A stretch of DNA of 64,000 bases from IMG/VR virus record IMGVR_UViG_3300013901_000005, positions 1 to 64,000 of that record, one strand, 5' to 3'. Below the pieces are notes generated by a model, which had not been told where the DNA came from, searched no databases, and was given only the letters and a program-made list of their open reading frames with translations. This DNA is from a virus (taxonomy: Duplodnaviria; Caudoviricetes). Positions 13,801 through 26,440 of this stretch are shown here, piece by piece. Within the stretch, counting starts at the first letter, position 1. Each line of letters begins with the position of its first letter. The translations under genes were made by a program, and so were the position numbers.

Positions 13801-16800
13801 GAAAAAATAGATATAAATTCCATAACTACAGGAGAATTGAGATAGCTAGTCGTACCTGATATTGATAACGGATCTGTAAATTCACTTGATTTTTAGAGTT
13901 TATCTGAGTATTACACTATTTGTATGACACTTGGTCTTGTTGATAGTGTAATGAAAAACATGAATATAAAAACCTGGGATATGTTAACTTGGGTTCTTGC
14001 ATTTTACGACATGGATACTTGCCTTGGTATTGATAATGCAGGTAATGATACTAGTTATTTTGCTTTTTCAGATTATTGGTATGGGAAAAAGACATCTGAA
14101 GGTAATACTGATGAACCTTAGCCAGTAAATATTTACAGGGATTTTTATTCAAAAACAGAAGGGAATAGCGAGGCTGGTTTTGATACCCCAAGTAGTTATA
14201 TTTTTGCAATAGCAAAATACGCAAAATTACTATTAAACGGAAGCACCGATATTTAGTATTTATCAGAATATCCACAACAGCTATATGCAAAATGGCGAAG
14301 TGGGACATCAAACTCAAAAACAAACGAGGGGATCCTTTGTAACGCAGATAATTTTATGGAGAAATTTTTCTCTAATAATATAGGAAAAATAGACCCATTA
14401 CTTGTAACGTTCAATTATAGATATAAGTATTTTAAATTATCTGGAATAGGGTGGGATAATTACAACTATAAAAAATTCCATGGAACTAGAATAAACAAAG
14501 TACGTGATTGGTTAAATGGTAGACTTCATATTTTGGATGATTATTTTAATTTAAACAAACAATCTGTAAACGCAATAACATATCTTGATGAAAATGATAC
14601 ATGGCAAACTCTGAAAAATGGTAATACAACAATTTCTGATATTACTTACGATAGTCAAACGTATAATTTACAAGGCAATCCTGATATATAGATTTTGCAT
14701 GATATATTTTCAAATGATACTTCGTCTTCTGGGTTGTAGACATCAAAGTCTGTATCTTTACTAATAAAATGTCCAGAAAATTCACCATTGCAGATATATA
14801 ATGCAAATAAAAGCGTATGGATGAATTATATTTTAGGCGGAAATAATTATCAAAAAATTGAGTTTTAGCCAACAGGACAACAAGCTATCCATTTTGGTGG
14901 ATCTTAGGCCTGGACTTATTTATCATCAATTGACTGGGTGTCACAGAGTGGCCCAATATCCATTACTTCAAAAAATCTTGAAAATATAACTGGGACTTCT
15001 GGTACATTCTCCGGAATCTCTCTTTCAATCCCGAGTTTAAAAGATTTGAAACTCAATTCTAATACGTATTCTGGATTGTTGTCTTTAAAAAGTAGTATTA
15101 ATTATCCAAATTTAAAATCAATTGATATTTCAGGATCTAACTTATCAATGACATTAGATGATTTATCTATTGATTATTTGAATATTTCTAATATTCAAAA
15201 CTCATAGGCAGAAATAACAATAACCAATTGTAATCAATTAAAAGATAATTTTTATTACGGATCTCTTGTATTGCAAAGTTTAACACTAAGTGGAAATAAG
15301 CAAATTGGAGACATAAATCTAGATGGTAACAAAATAAGTAAATTAGATCTTTCTTGTAGTACAGCTGGAAAGACAATATCTATAAGTAATGATATTTCTG
15401 TATCAAGTATTTCTTTAACTGGATTTGAAAACATTAAAATAAATGGATGCCCAAATTTACAATCGGTTGTAATAAAGCAGGGAAATTACTCATAGGTTAA
15501 AAATATATCCATAACAAATTGTAGTAATAAAGATTTAAAAATATAGACTGGGGAAATTCAAGTTGAAAATACGGTAGTTGACTTTTCGGAAATTACAACA
15601 ATAGAAACTGTTAATTTGAGATATTCTTCTGGAATAACTAAATTAATATTACCGAACAATGTAAAATTGACAGGAGCGGCCTGCTAGGGGTTAAATAGTT
15701 TGCAATCTATATCTGGAACCAATATACAAATAGCTGGAAGTTACATATTCTATAATTGTACTAAATATAATATGCGAGATCAAAATGGTTAGTACACCGA
15801 TTTTAACGTATAGACAAACGATATATCGTATTTGTTTTATATGAACAATACATCAAAAGTGATAACTTTAGAGGATGCAAAACATTTTATAACGTAGTGT
15901 ATTAGCGATGAGAGAAAAGCAACTATAACAAATATGTATGGTATGTTTTATGGAAATCAAGGTATTAATTATGATATAGAATAGTTTAAGAGTGATTTAA
16001 ATGGAGAATCGAAAAATTATATTGATTTTAGCAAATTTAAATCAAATGAATTGAATGTTAATTGGATGTTTGCAAATACGAATGTAAAATGTTATAATAA
16101 AAATATGCTTAATTTTAATGTGAAAACATTAAATATGTATGCATTTATTGATCCAATGCCAACTACTGATGACGGCAGTGTATATGTAACAATAGATAGT
16201 CTTGAAAATATAATAGATAAAGTTAAAATGTTATTTGGGACTTATTCAAATAATCGTAGAAAGTTTATTTTTTTAAATGAATCCGGAGATAAAGAGACTG
16301 GAGAAATTAAATTAAAAAACTTTTTTAATCCCAATGAAAAGCATCCAATAAAACTTTAGTAGCTAGATAGGTTTTATACAGACGCAGATTAGACTGTTGA
16401 TTTTACTGGTACATTTACAGAAGACTGGAAGTCTTTAACAACTTTACGAGATTTTATGTGGAAATCAAATCAGAAATATAAAGGCATAGAAAATCTTCTA
16501 TATGATTTACCTAGCTTGCAAACAATTGGCTTGATTTTTCTCAGATCTTCAATTGACCAAAGAGTGGATTTGTTTAATTTTATAAATTGGGAGAATTTTA
16601 CCCAGAAAGGATTAACCCAAAAAGGATTAATAGATTATAATCGAATTGAGCATAATGTTAACTTCGATTTTGATAAAAAAATAACATTAGAAAATTATAA
16701 TAAATTATGTAATTTATTTATAAAATCCAATATAGTTAATCTTGTTGATATTTTTAGAAATTGCAATATTGAAGGAGTAACTGATGAATTCACGTTTGGT

Positions 16801-18255
16801 ACATCAACTACAGTTAATAACACAATTGAAAATATTTGTGGCCTTTTCTATAATTGTAAATTAATAAATAATGGACGAGAATATCCAATACCTATAAGTA
16901 ATACATTTTTTAAAAATCTATCAAATATAAAAGATGTATATTCTACTTTTTCATATTGTAGTTTTTCAAATCCAATACCTTTTAATTTCTTCAATAAACG
17001 GCAAGTTTCTTCATCAATAAATAGTAAAGTATATGTTGATAATAATGGAGAAAAAGTTGATGCTACTTTAACAATATATGAATACCGCCCAGATATGATA
17101 GAATTTGGATATGTATTTTATAATTCTAGTTTTACAGCTACAAATAGGCATTTTGAATATACTGGATAGATTCCAAAAAATAACGTATATTGTGAAACGA
17201 CTGGTAGGAATGATTATACAAAATATTACACAAAACATTCAATTGTAAATGACGATAATACGGTAACATATAAATATATAGAACATACTTTGGAATAGCC
17301 ATATGAGATAACTGATTGTGAGAGCATAGAAGGGTATTATATATCTGAAATATCACCTACCACACAAGATAGTTATACGAATCCGGGTTTAGATATAAAA
17401 AAATCCTCAGAAGATTTTGATATCACAAATTGTTTATGTATCCCTCCGGATTTCTTCTATGGTATTAACAAAACACAACCAGTTAACTGTAATTGTGCAT
17501 TGTCTTGTTAGACAGGAGGCGAGTTAGTGGGAATAATACCAGAACATATCTTTTACAATAATACTAATGTTTCAGTGTCTCATACTTTTAGGAAACAAAT
17601 AATTATCCCAAGAAAGATTAAACAAATCAAAAATAATGACGAAATAGTAAACGTATATTCTAGCTTTCCATCGAATTATACAAATTACACAAATCTTGAT
17701 TATGCATTTGATATATATCCAATAATTCCTATAAATGATAAAACGGAAAATAATTTTGTATTTATCATATTAAAAGATTCTATAGGAAAAAACACTACAA
17801 GTATGAAGCATGCTTTTGATGTTTTTCGTACTGAAAATAAGTATATACATAGTTAGACAACTGGTAAATTAGATTCATATATTAATTATATGGGATATAT
17901 CCAGGGTGATACAGTAATAACAGGATTTGATATGGAATATTTTAAAAAATTATATATTGACAGTCTGTTTTATGGATGGCTTGGATTTGTTTGTTATGGA
18001 AATTTATTTAATAGTAATTTTACATTATCTGAGAATAAAATAAATAATAAGGAAAATATAGTATTTAGGCCTGCTTCTAGTATTACCAGTAGTGCTGATT
18101 CAGAAATATCTATTAACATTAAATTTCCATTAGCAGATAATAAAATAGATTATTTTTACAACGCATATACATATAACAATATGATAAAAACAAGTTAGAT
18201 AAGTAATTCTAATAGTAAAAATTGGTATTTATAGGCTGGATTTGTAATACAATAA
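10825..18255 (+). CDS. 2476-aa protein with central CotH-kinase-like domain and C-terminal leucine-rich (BspA/DUF285-like) repeats
   Basis: The + ORF fragments from 11767 to 17890 share one frame; ATGA overlap with the previous gene. Motifs LQGSST..KN, LKADVVDSSHSNN, YLGIYNFN, GLVDSVMKN, FYDMDTCLGIDNAG, then LxxLxL and xMFxxC repeats. Confidence 0.8.
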
Positions 18256-18258
18256 TAT

Positions 18259-18918
18259 ATGGCACTTAATAAAAATATTTCAGTATGGAGAGGGAATAAA
18301 ATCCCTCCTACAGATTTTCATCTTTGGGTTAAAGAATCCGGTACTATATGGATGAAATTACCTGGAGAGGATAATTGGTAGTGCGTAGGATCATCTACTA
18401 CAGAAGATCTTGCCAATAAGATCATAAAATTAGAAGAGGCTTATCAAAAGCAATAGGAAGTACTTGATGAAGTTAATGGACAATTAGAAATTATAAATCA
18501 CGGATAGATCTAGATGTCATCTCCAGAAGGAAGCAATTATAATATTTATTCAATTGTAGGAGGTGATGGATAGAATGTGTTTGGTGGAAGCGAAATCTAG
18601 GTTCCAAAATTATTTCAAGTAAAGATAGGAAATGAGGATGCTTTTGTGAAAGACGGCTAGATTGTATTAGGAGAGAAGAAAGAAATGGACTATCTTTTAT
18701 AGTTAATATATAATAATGGTTCATACGAGTTAACAAAAACAAAGATTCCAACAAATAATATTTCTGCAGGAGATGGGCTATAGCTTTCAGATGGTGTTAT
18801 GAGTATTAAGATTGACTAGACATCAAGTGATCATTTATCAGTTTCTAAAGACGGTTTGAAATTAGATGATATTCCAGTAGATAATATCAGTATTGAAGAT
18901 ATACAAAATTATTTTTAA
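18259..18918 (+). CDS. Putative fibre component (219 aa)
   Basis: MALNKNISVWRGNKIPPTDFHLWVK..AGDGLQLSDGVMSIKID..ISIEDIQNYF; open under TAG=Gln. Confidence 0.7.
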
Positions 18919-18933
18919 TAAAAATTAATAATT

Positions 18934-19719
18934 ATGGCAAAATATTTAGACAAAGAAGGTCTGGATAAATTGATCGAATTAATTAAAACAAACTTTCCGC
19001 AGTATGATGCTGAAAAAGTAATTACTAGTAGTGGTTTGAAGGCAACACAGGATGGAAGTGCTACAACAGTATGGGCATCAGATGGTACAAAAATGGATCT
19101 GAGTGATTACGCTGCACTTGTTGCTGACAAATATCCATTTGGCATTTCTTCATTCTCTTCAACGAAAAGCGGTGTTATTGAAGTAAGTACAACGCCTATT
19201 ACCCCTACTTTTAGTTGGAGCTATAAAAACGAAAAACACACTGTTAATAGTCAGACTGTGTCGGACGGCACAACAACAAAGACTGTTGCAGTAGGTACGA
19301 AAACTTTGGCTTGGGATCCTGTTGATATAAGTACAAGAAAAACCGTAACATTTACTTTAGCTGCAAAGGCTGACGAAAATACAAAAACAGATTCAAAATC
19401 CGTTTCTTTAACAACTGTTCACAGGAAATATTATGGAGTTTTGGATTCTGCAGACGTTCCAACATCTACTGACGGTTTAACGGCTTGCGATATTTCTAAT
19501 TCTGTAAAACAAGATATCACGGTTACGCTTAATAATCAAAGACTTTGTTATATGTATCCAAGTTATTTTACAGTATCAAAAATAACTGAGCAAAATAATT
19601 TTGATGTTACTAAGTCTTTTGATACAAAAACAACTACGATTAATGGCGTGGCTTATACTTGTCAAATATAGACGGATGCTGCTAGCACTGACGGCGGTTT
19701 CACTTATCATTTTAATTAA
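18934..19719 (+). CDS. Putative fibre component with KYLDxxGL N-terminus
   Basis: ORF 18934..19671 extended past TAG to TAA 19719. Confidence 0.75.
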
Positions 19720-19738
19720 TTAATAGGAGGATAAATTT

Positions 19739-21160
19739 ATGGCAATGACAATAGTTGATCAATTTGATCTTAAAGCGTAGAAATTTAATTTCTCTCGTGA
19801 TTATTTTGAGAGTGAAGATCTTTTAAAAGCAGCTCCAGTAACAGATTTCCCCGATCATTTTATAACAAATGTCGCTGGGTAGCTTTGGCAACTAACAAAG
19901 TCAACTGGCGTATATGACAACGAATCTAAGAAATGGACAACAAGCCCATGGCACCAGCTCGAGTTTGGTGACAAAAATGCGCTGACAACTTCTGGAAGTG
20001 ATAATACCATTTCTCAAAATGGTCAAAATCTAAGTAAAATTCAGCTTAATGATGGTGCCAATAAAGTTACTATTGATACAACAGGTGGTATTAATATTAA
20101 CTCTTTTGGTACTGGCAAAACCGGTGGCGTAACTCTTACAAATACTGGTCTTAAATTTGATGATGATAGTGGAGACGAGTTCACAGTTTGGACTACAAAT
20201 GGTGCAACAAAGAGTATCAAAGGCATCGCGACCAGCGGAGAGATTGAAGCAATATAGAATAAACTTGAAGGTATTGATGATACCGTAGTAAGTTATGTCA
20301 ATGATAAGGTTGCTGGTCTTTCATAGGCTCTCGTATTTAAGGGAAGTATCAATAGTAATGATGCCCTTCTCGCCCTGACACCAAAGATCGGTGATACTTA
20401 CGTAGTAGGTACTGCTGGTGAGTTTGCTGGAGAGACTTGTGAAGTAGGTGATACTTTGGTATGTACTGCTGCTAAGGACGGTGATACCGCTGCAACTTGG
20501 ATTGTTGTTCAGAGAAATATAGATGGTGCTGTAATCAACGGAGAACCTGAAAAGAACTGGGAAGGCGCTTTGATGGTCGGCGCTGCAGGAAACCAAGTTG
20601 TTGGTATTACTGGTACTGAAGGCCAGATCGTAGTTGCTGATGCTGAAGGTCATCCTACTTTTGCTAATGCCACTTTTGGTTCAGCTACTGATGTTCAGGC
20701 TGCACAAAAAGCCGCCGAAGCAGCACAAGCCACTGCTACAGAAGCAAAAACCACAGCTGATGCAAATGCAAACGAGATAACACAAATAAAGACCGATCTT
20801 GATAATAAGGCTAGTACTGACGTAGCGACTGAAACAACCAACGGTTTGATGTCTGCTGAAGACAAGAAGAAGTTGGGTAGCCTTTAGAATTTCACACTTA
20901 CTGCCGCTACAGCGGACAGTCTTGGCGGTGTTATCGTTCCTGACGCTTCTACTTCTGGTCTTACCATAAAAGAGGATGGTACATTAACACTTAAATCCAA
21001 AGGCGCAGCCGTTAGCCAAGGATTATACAAAATAGCTGTTGATGGTTTTGGACGAGTAACAAGCACAGAAGCAGTTTCTGTAGAAAATGATCTTGGCATT
21101 AGTTCTTTATCTGCTGATGATGTAGTAAAAGCTTTTAATGGCAGTGATGAATAGAAGTAA
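19739..21160 (+). CDS. Putative tail/head fibre protein (473 aa)
   Basis: In frame with ORF 20456; NGLMSAEDKKKL, AATADSLGGV and YKIAVDGFGRVT fibre repeats. Confidence 0.75.
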
Positions 21161-21222
21161 AAATAATTTGATTTTCAGATTTTTTTAATTAATATTAAAT
21201 AGTAATTATAAATAAATATATT

Positions 21223-22521
21223 ATGGCTGATACAAAAAAATTTCTTAGCTACGAGGGTTTATAGACTCTTGTAAATCAAATTAACACAAAAATTAAACCG
21301 AAGGCTGATGCTGCTTCTGCAATTGGAGTTGAAGGTAACACAGTTAGTTTAAAACTCGACAATTCTGGTAACGTTCAGTTTAGCTAGAGTGCTACCGGAC
21401 TTAAAGGTTCTGTAACAATCCCTGCTGCTACTGTTACCGGTGTAAAAAGCGGTGATAAAGTACTTGCAATGGATGGTACTTCTCTTACAAGTACTCTTAA
21501 TATGAAGTATGAAAACTAGCATATTAATTTGTATGGAATCGACACAAAAACTCCTATTGCCTCAATTGACGCTGCTGATTTTATAAAGGATGGTATGCTT
21601 GACAATGCCTCATTTAACGAGGACACAAAAGAAATTACACTTACCTTTAATACTGCTTCTGGTAAAGATCCAATAGTTATTAATGTAAGTTCTCTAGTTG
21701 ATACTTATACTGCTGCAGAGGATGGTGGTTTGACATTGAAAGATCATGCTTTTAGCGTTGATACGACAAAGATTGCTACCGCCGAGTCCGTAACAAACGT
21801 TTCGACTGCTGTTTCTAAGTTGGCCGGAGCTGCCGTACAGTCTGCAGATGCCGCTGCTGCCAGCAATTATGTATAGGCAACGGTTAACAAGTCTGGTACA
21901 AAACTTACTGTTGGCGCTAATGCTACAATACAGGCAATCGCTACGGCTTCTGCTAGTACTGAGGCTCCGAAGAAAGGTCTTGCTGAGGCTTCTGATGTAA
22001 AGACTTATGTTGACACTGCAAAGCAAGCTGCTATTGATGCTGCAAAGTCCGCTTCTAGCACTGATGCCGCTTCAAAGATTGATACTGCAATAAAGGCACT
22101 CAATGCTACTGTAACTTCTGATGATACAGCTGTTGCTACTGTAAAGGTGGTAGAGTCTGCTGGTAAAATTACTGATGTTTAGGTAACGAATGTTGCTGCT
22201 GGCGTTGCATATACTGCAAAGACTGCTTCTGCTGCCGCTAACCTTGCTGCTACTACCGCAACTGGTGCTGTTACCGGTGCTGATATCGCTTAGATTAAGA
22301 GCTATGTTGACGCTGTATCTGCCGCTGACGGTTCTGCTACAGATACAAAGATAACAAAGGCTATAAATGAGCTTGACTCGACTGCATCTGGTACTGGTGG
22401 TTTCTCGAAGGTAACGGTAACTTAGGTAGATGGAAAAATTACCAATGTTACTGTTGATGACACAGCTGTCGCAATTTCCGCTGAGGAGATACAGAAACTT
22501 ATTGATGGTGAGACCGCTTAA
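21223..22521 (+). CDS. Putative fibre protein, Ala/Thr-rich (432 aa)
   Basis: MADTKKFLSYEGLQTLV..SIDAADFIKDGML..; in frame with ORF 21529; stop TAA 22521. Confidence 0.75.
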
Positions 22522-22548
22522 TAATTAAAAATAAATAATAATATAGCA

Positions 22549-22656
22549 ATGGCAGATAAAACTAAATTTCTCGATTTAAACGGCTTAAAGATCTTTCTTA
22601 AAAATCTCGATGAGAGATATATAAAGACTGTAGATCTTTGGGAAGAGAAAGAATAA
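22549..22656 (+). CDS. 35-aa peptide made of little more than the fibre N-terminal motif
   Basis: MADKTKFLDLNGLKIFLKNLDERYIKTVDLWEEKE; AT-rich leader like neighbouring genes; motif matches adjacent fibre N-termini. Confidence 0.65.
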   Translation: MADKTKFLDLNGLKIFLKNLDERYIKTVDLWEEKE

Positions 22657-22688
22657 TATTTTTTATTATATTTTGGCAAAAGTAAAAT

Positions 22689-23066
22689 ATGATAAATAAA
22701 CCTTTAATCCACTTTTTAACGAAATCTCAATTTGAGAAATCGTTAGAAAGTGGAGATTTAACGGATAAAAGTTTGTGCTTCATAAAAGATGTATAGGAAA
22801 TATATACTCATGGTCAATTATATTCTTGTCATTTTGGCACAAATATGAATGTAGATAAAATAGAAGCGGATAAGGATAATAAAGGTCTAAAAATAACTTT
22901 TGCTAATAATGGTACTACAATTATTTCTTTATAGGAAATTTTAGATAATACCTACGCTTCTATAACAAAAATAAAAGAAATTGAAGATATTCTTAATACT
23001 AAATAGGATAAAATAAAAAGTTCATATAATTCAAATACTGAAACTTGGACTTTAGAAAATTTATAA
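22689..23066 (+). CDS. Hypothetical fibre-module protein (125 aa)
   Basis: MINKPLIHFLTKSQF..SLCFIKDVQEIYTHGQLY; open under TAG=Gln. Confidence 0.65.
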
Positions 23067-23072
23067 TAAATT

Positions 23073-24354
23073 ATGGCAAGTATTTCAAAAATTACTATTG
23101 GCGGAACAACTTATGATATAAAGGACGCTACCGCCCGTGGCTATTCGCGTCTTGTTGGTGTAACAAAGGTTGCTATCTCAGACGGGGGGGGTATAGGTTC
23201 CTACTGATCTGTATGGTACAAGTGCTACAGTATCAAGTATCAATGTAGGTGATATGGTTATTTATGGTAACCTCGAGTTCATCTGGGCGCCTGCCCCTAC
23301 AGACGGAAAGACAGCAGATGCGTCTGGTCATCCCGTGACCGCACACTGGCACGAGTTTGGTGCTGTTTAGGCTACAAGTACCGCTAAAGTCACAACTGGT
23401 ATTTCTGCTAAATTGGCTAGTGGGGCTGTTTCTGGTACGGCAGTTAAAGTTACTTCTGGTGGTGCGCATACACATAACGTTTCTGCATCTAGCGATTATA
23501 CTCCTGCTGGTTCTATATCGGCAGTTCCTACAACTGGTCATACTCATAGTGTTACAGCAAAAGGATCTGTTTCAATAACAACTGCTGCTCCGACTTCTAG
23601 TCAGGCTGCTTCCTACACTCCTGCTGGTTAGGTATCCGTATCAAAGAATACTCTTGCAGGTGCTAGTCACACTCATACTTACGACAAGACAACAAGTATA
23701 ACAAGCGCAGCAGGTACAGCCGATTCGAATACTTTCGCAGCATTGACTGGTGTTATAACTGGTTCTTCTGCTGTATCTGTGTCTGGTTCTGTTACAGTGC
23801 CTACTGTGAGTGCATCGGAAGTGACGTCTTCATTGATTTCTAGTAACTCGGATGTTATCGCTGTAAATGCTTCTGTTTCTGGTGAAATATTGACACTTAG
23901 TAATGTTACGGCTACGAAAACTGTTTTCTCAAACGTCAAATCAAGTAAAACAAATGTTGGGTCTACTAGTGCAAGTTTCACTGCAACATCTGGTACTACA
24001 AAGTTCCTTACTAGCGCATCTGGTACTACGGGTTATTTCAAACTTACTCCGAATACCACATCAACTTCTACTGGTGGTTCCGGTGTTACTATTACTGGTG
24101 ATCCTAGTGCTTCGTTCACTGGTACTGGCGTTATGATAAACGGATCGTTTACTGGTACCGCTGTCACTTCTGGAGGTCCGAGTGCTACTGCAGCTCCTAC
24201 ATTTACTGGTACAAAGGCTACAATTACCGTTTCTGGTACTGCTGCTTCTGCTGGTGCTCACGACCATGCGAACACTGTTACCCAGGGTTCTGTTGGTACT
24301 GGTATTACGATTACAGATCCTGGTCACACACACACGATTAACCAATAGGCATAA
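23073..24354 (+). CDS. HxH-repeat needle-type tail fibre, frameshifted at a G8 run (23184-23191)
   Basis: MASISKITIGGTTYDIKDATAR.. stops at TGA shortly after G8. The +1 frame continues VQVPTD..WHEFG..GAHTH..GHTH..SHTH..AHDH..GHTH to TAA 24354. Confidence 0.75.
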
Positions 24355-24364
24355 TTTAAGATAA

Positions 24365-24550
24365 ATGAGTAATATTAAATAGATTAAGGTTGGAAATTCG
24401 TCATACGATATTACAGCTACATAGACTATAAATAAGCTGTCATTGACAGATTGTAATGGAACTACAGAATGGTCATTTGACGGGTCTTCCGCATAGTCTA
24501 TTAAAGCTATTACCTTGACGGAGTTAAATACATTATTAAATAGTATGTAA
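24365..24550 (+). CDS. Small fibre-module protein (61 aa)
   Basis: MSNIKQIKVGNSSYDITA..WSFDGSSAQSIKAITLTELNTLLNSM; three TAGs. Confidence 0.65.
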
Positions 24551-24561
24551 TAAGATATTGA

Positions 24562-24599
24562 AAAGCGGAGGAGAATTAACTTCTCCGCTTTATTTTTTT
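24562..24599 (+). terminator. Intrinsic terminator
   Basis: AAAGCGGAG..CTCCGCTTT hairpin followed by a T-rich tract. Confidence 0.75.
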
Positions 24600-24622
24600 A
24601 ATTTATAAATAATAAGTATAAT

Positions 24623-26440
24623 ATGGCAACAACTAAATTTCTTGATTATACAGGTCTGAGTAAACTTGTGGAGAAGATAAAGAATACTTATGTAAGACAG
24701 GATAGCCAATATGAGGCTAATCTTCAATGGGGAGGTAAGAATTTTGCAAATTCTTACGGCCCTATAGATGCTGCAATGATACCTGATTTAGGTGCTAACA
24801 GATTTGATATGGGAGCAGCTGAAGGTATAACAATAGAATATAGTAATGATGCTGGTGTTACCTGGGAAGACTATGGTACTAGCGATTTTAATAAAGTAAG
24901 TTTGATTTCTTCTCTTAATAATTATTCAGGTTTTTGTATTGGTAAAACAAAATCATCCTCCCCTGCCAATGATATGCTGAGAGTAACTATAGATACAAGT
25001 AAAGAAACTGGTATCAATAGCTATTTCACAATGAATAAAGTTTATGTACATTGTTCTACAAATGGCTCAACAAACAGTTATTGCACAATACAGGCAGCAT
25101 TACAAAGCACTCCTACAGTATTTACAGATGTTGTTACAAAGGTGCCAATCTCTGGATGGACAGGGTATAATATTATTAATATACCACCAATAGTCACTTA
25201 TGGAAATTCACCATCATCTCAATATGGAAGGCTAAGATTTATATTTGGTAATACAGGTAATACATCAGATTATAGTGGGTTAACTATAATGAAGATAAAA
25301 GCCTATGGTAATGGCTATATTCGCCTACCAGGTAACCTTGCTAGACTAGGCGTACCATATACTATTGAAGGCACAGACAGTTCTGTTGAATTCCCTGCAA
25401 ATGTAACAGCTACACAGTTTGTTGGCTCTTTAAATGGTAATGCCGCCTCAGCAACTAAGATAGGCACATCAGCAGTAGGCAGTTCAACTAAACCTGTATA
25501 TATTAATAGTGGCACTCCTACTGCATGCAGTGATACAATTTCAGTAAGTATTACAGGTAATGCAGCTACTGCCACAAAAGCAACCAATGCTGATAATGCA
25601 TCAAAGGTAAATAGCCATACTGTTAATTCTGATGTTCCAAGTAATGCTGTATTTACTGATAAGAATGTTACCCAATACGTATATACTGACACTACCGCTT
25701 CTTTGAGTTATCCATTGCTAATAGGAACGTCAGAAGGCGCATCGAATACTGTTACAGATATCGTTTCGGTCACACCAAAAATATTAGCAAATCCAACACT
25801 TGGAAATATTAGGGCATCCAATTTTGAAGGAAATATAAATGGTCATTCTGTTGGAACAGATGTTCCTAGCAATGCTAAGTTTACTGACTCGCATTATACA
25901 ACTGGTTTAAGAATTGGAGCAAGCGGCACAGGATCAAATGCTGCAACGACAAACGGGAATACATATATTAAAGTAACTGATGATGGCACTTATAGGGAAG
26001 GTCATTTGATAAAAGGTACTGGAGCAACTACGGTAACTAGTGATGCAAATGGAAATATAACGATAAATTCTACTAATACACAATATAGTAACGCAACTAC
26101 AAGTTCTCCAGGTTTAATGTCAGCAAATGACAAATCTAAACTTGACAATTCTGTATTAACCAATGTATGGGATGGGAAAAATGGATATATAAAACTTGGT
26201 GATAAAAATATAATCAGATGGAGCGAACATTCTGGATATGATATTATTATAAATGGAGATAATAAAGGTGGATTCTATATTTATGATGGGGCTAGCTCTA
26301 AAGGAACAAACTGGGGTATAAATGGAATTGACTTTGAAAAATTTCCTACAAATGTCCTTTTGGGAGCGCATAATGATTACGCTACGGCAGTTTCTACAAC
26401 AGATATACAGTCTTGGATTGATGAAGCGATTACATTATGA
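24623..26440 (+). CDS. Tail fibre / receptor-binding protein (605 aa, no TAG codons)
   Basis: Intact code-11 ORF; KFLDYTGL N-terminus; GNAASATK, HTVNSDVPSNAVFTD and GLMSANDKSKLD fibre repeats. Confidence 0.8.
   Translation: MATTKFLDYTGLSKLVEKIKNTYVRQDSQYEANLQWGGKNFANSYGPIDAAMIPDLGANRFDMGAAEGITIEYSNDAGVTWEDYGTSDFNKVSLISSLNNYSGFCIGKTKSSSPANDMLRVTIDTSKETGINSYFTMNKVYVHCSTNGSTNSYCTIQAALQSTPTVFTDVVTKVPISGWTGYNIINIPPIVTYGNSPSSQYGRLRFIFGNTGNTSDYSGLTIMKIKAYGNGYIRLPGNLARLGVPYTIEGTDSSVEFPANVTATQFVGSLNGNAASATKIGTSAVGSSTKPVYINSGTPTACSDTISVSITGNAATATKATNADNASKVNSHTVNSDVPSNAVFTDKNVTQYVYTDTTASLSYPLLIGTSEGASNTVTDIVSVTPKILANPTLGNIRASNFEGNINGHSVGTDVPSNAKFTDSHYTTGLRIGASGTGSNAATTNGNTYIKVTDDGTYREGHLIKGTGATTVTSDANGNITINSTNTQYSNATTSSPGLMSANDKSKLDNSVLTNVWDGKNGYIKLGDKNIIRWSEHSGYDIIINGDNKGGFYIYDGASSKGTNWGINGIDFEKFPTNVLLGAHNDYATAVSTTDIQSWIDEAITL

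Noticed and set aside
16600-16630. 15-nt tandem duplication (TQKGL x2)
   Set aside because: A small in-frame duplication with no sign of function.
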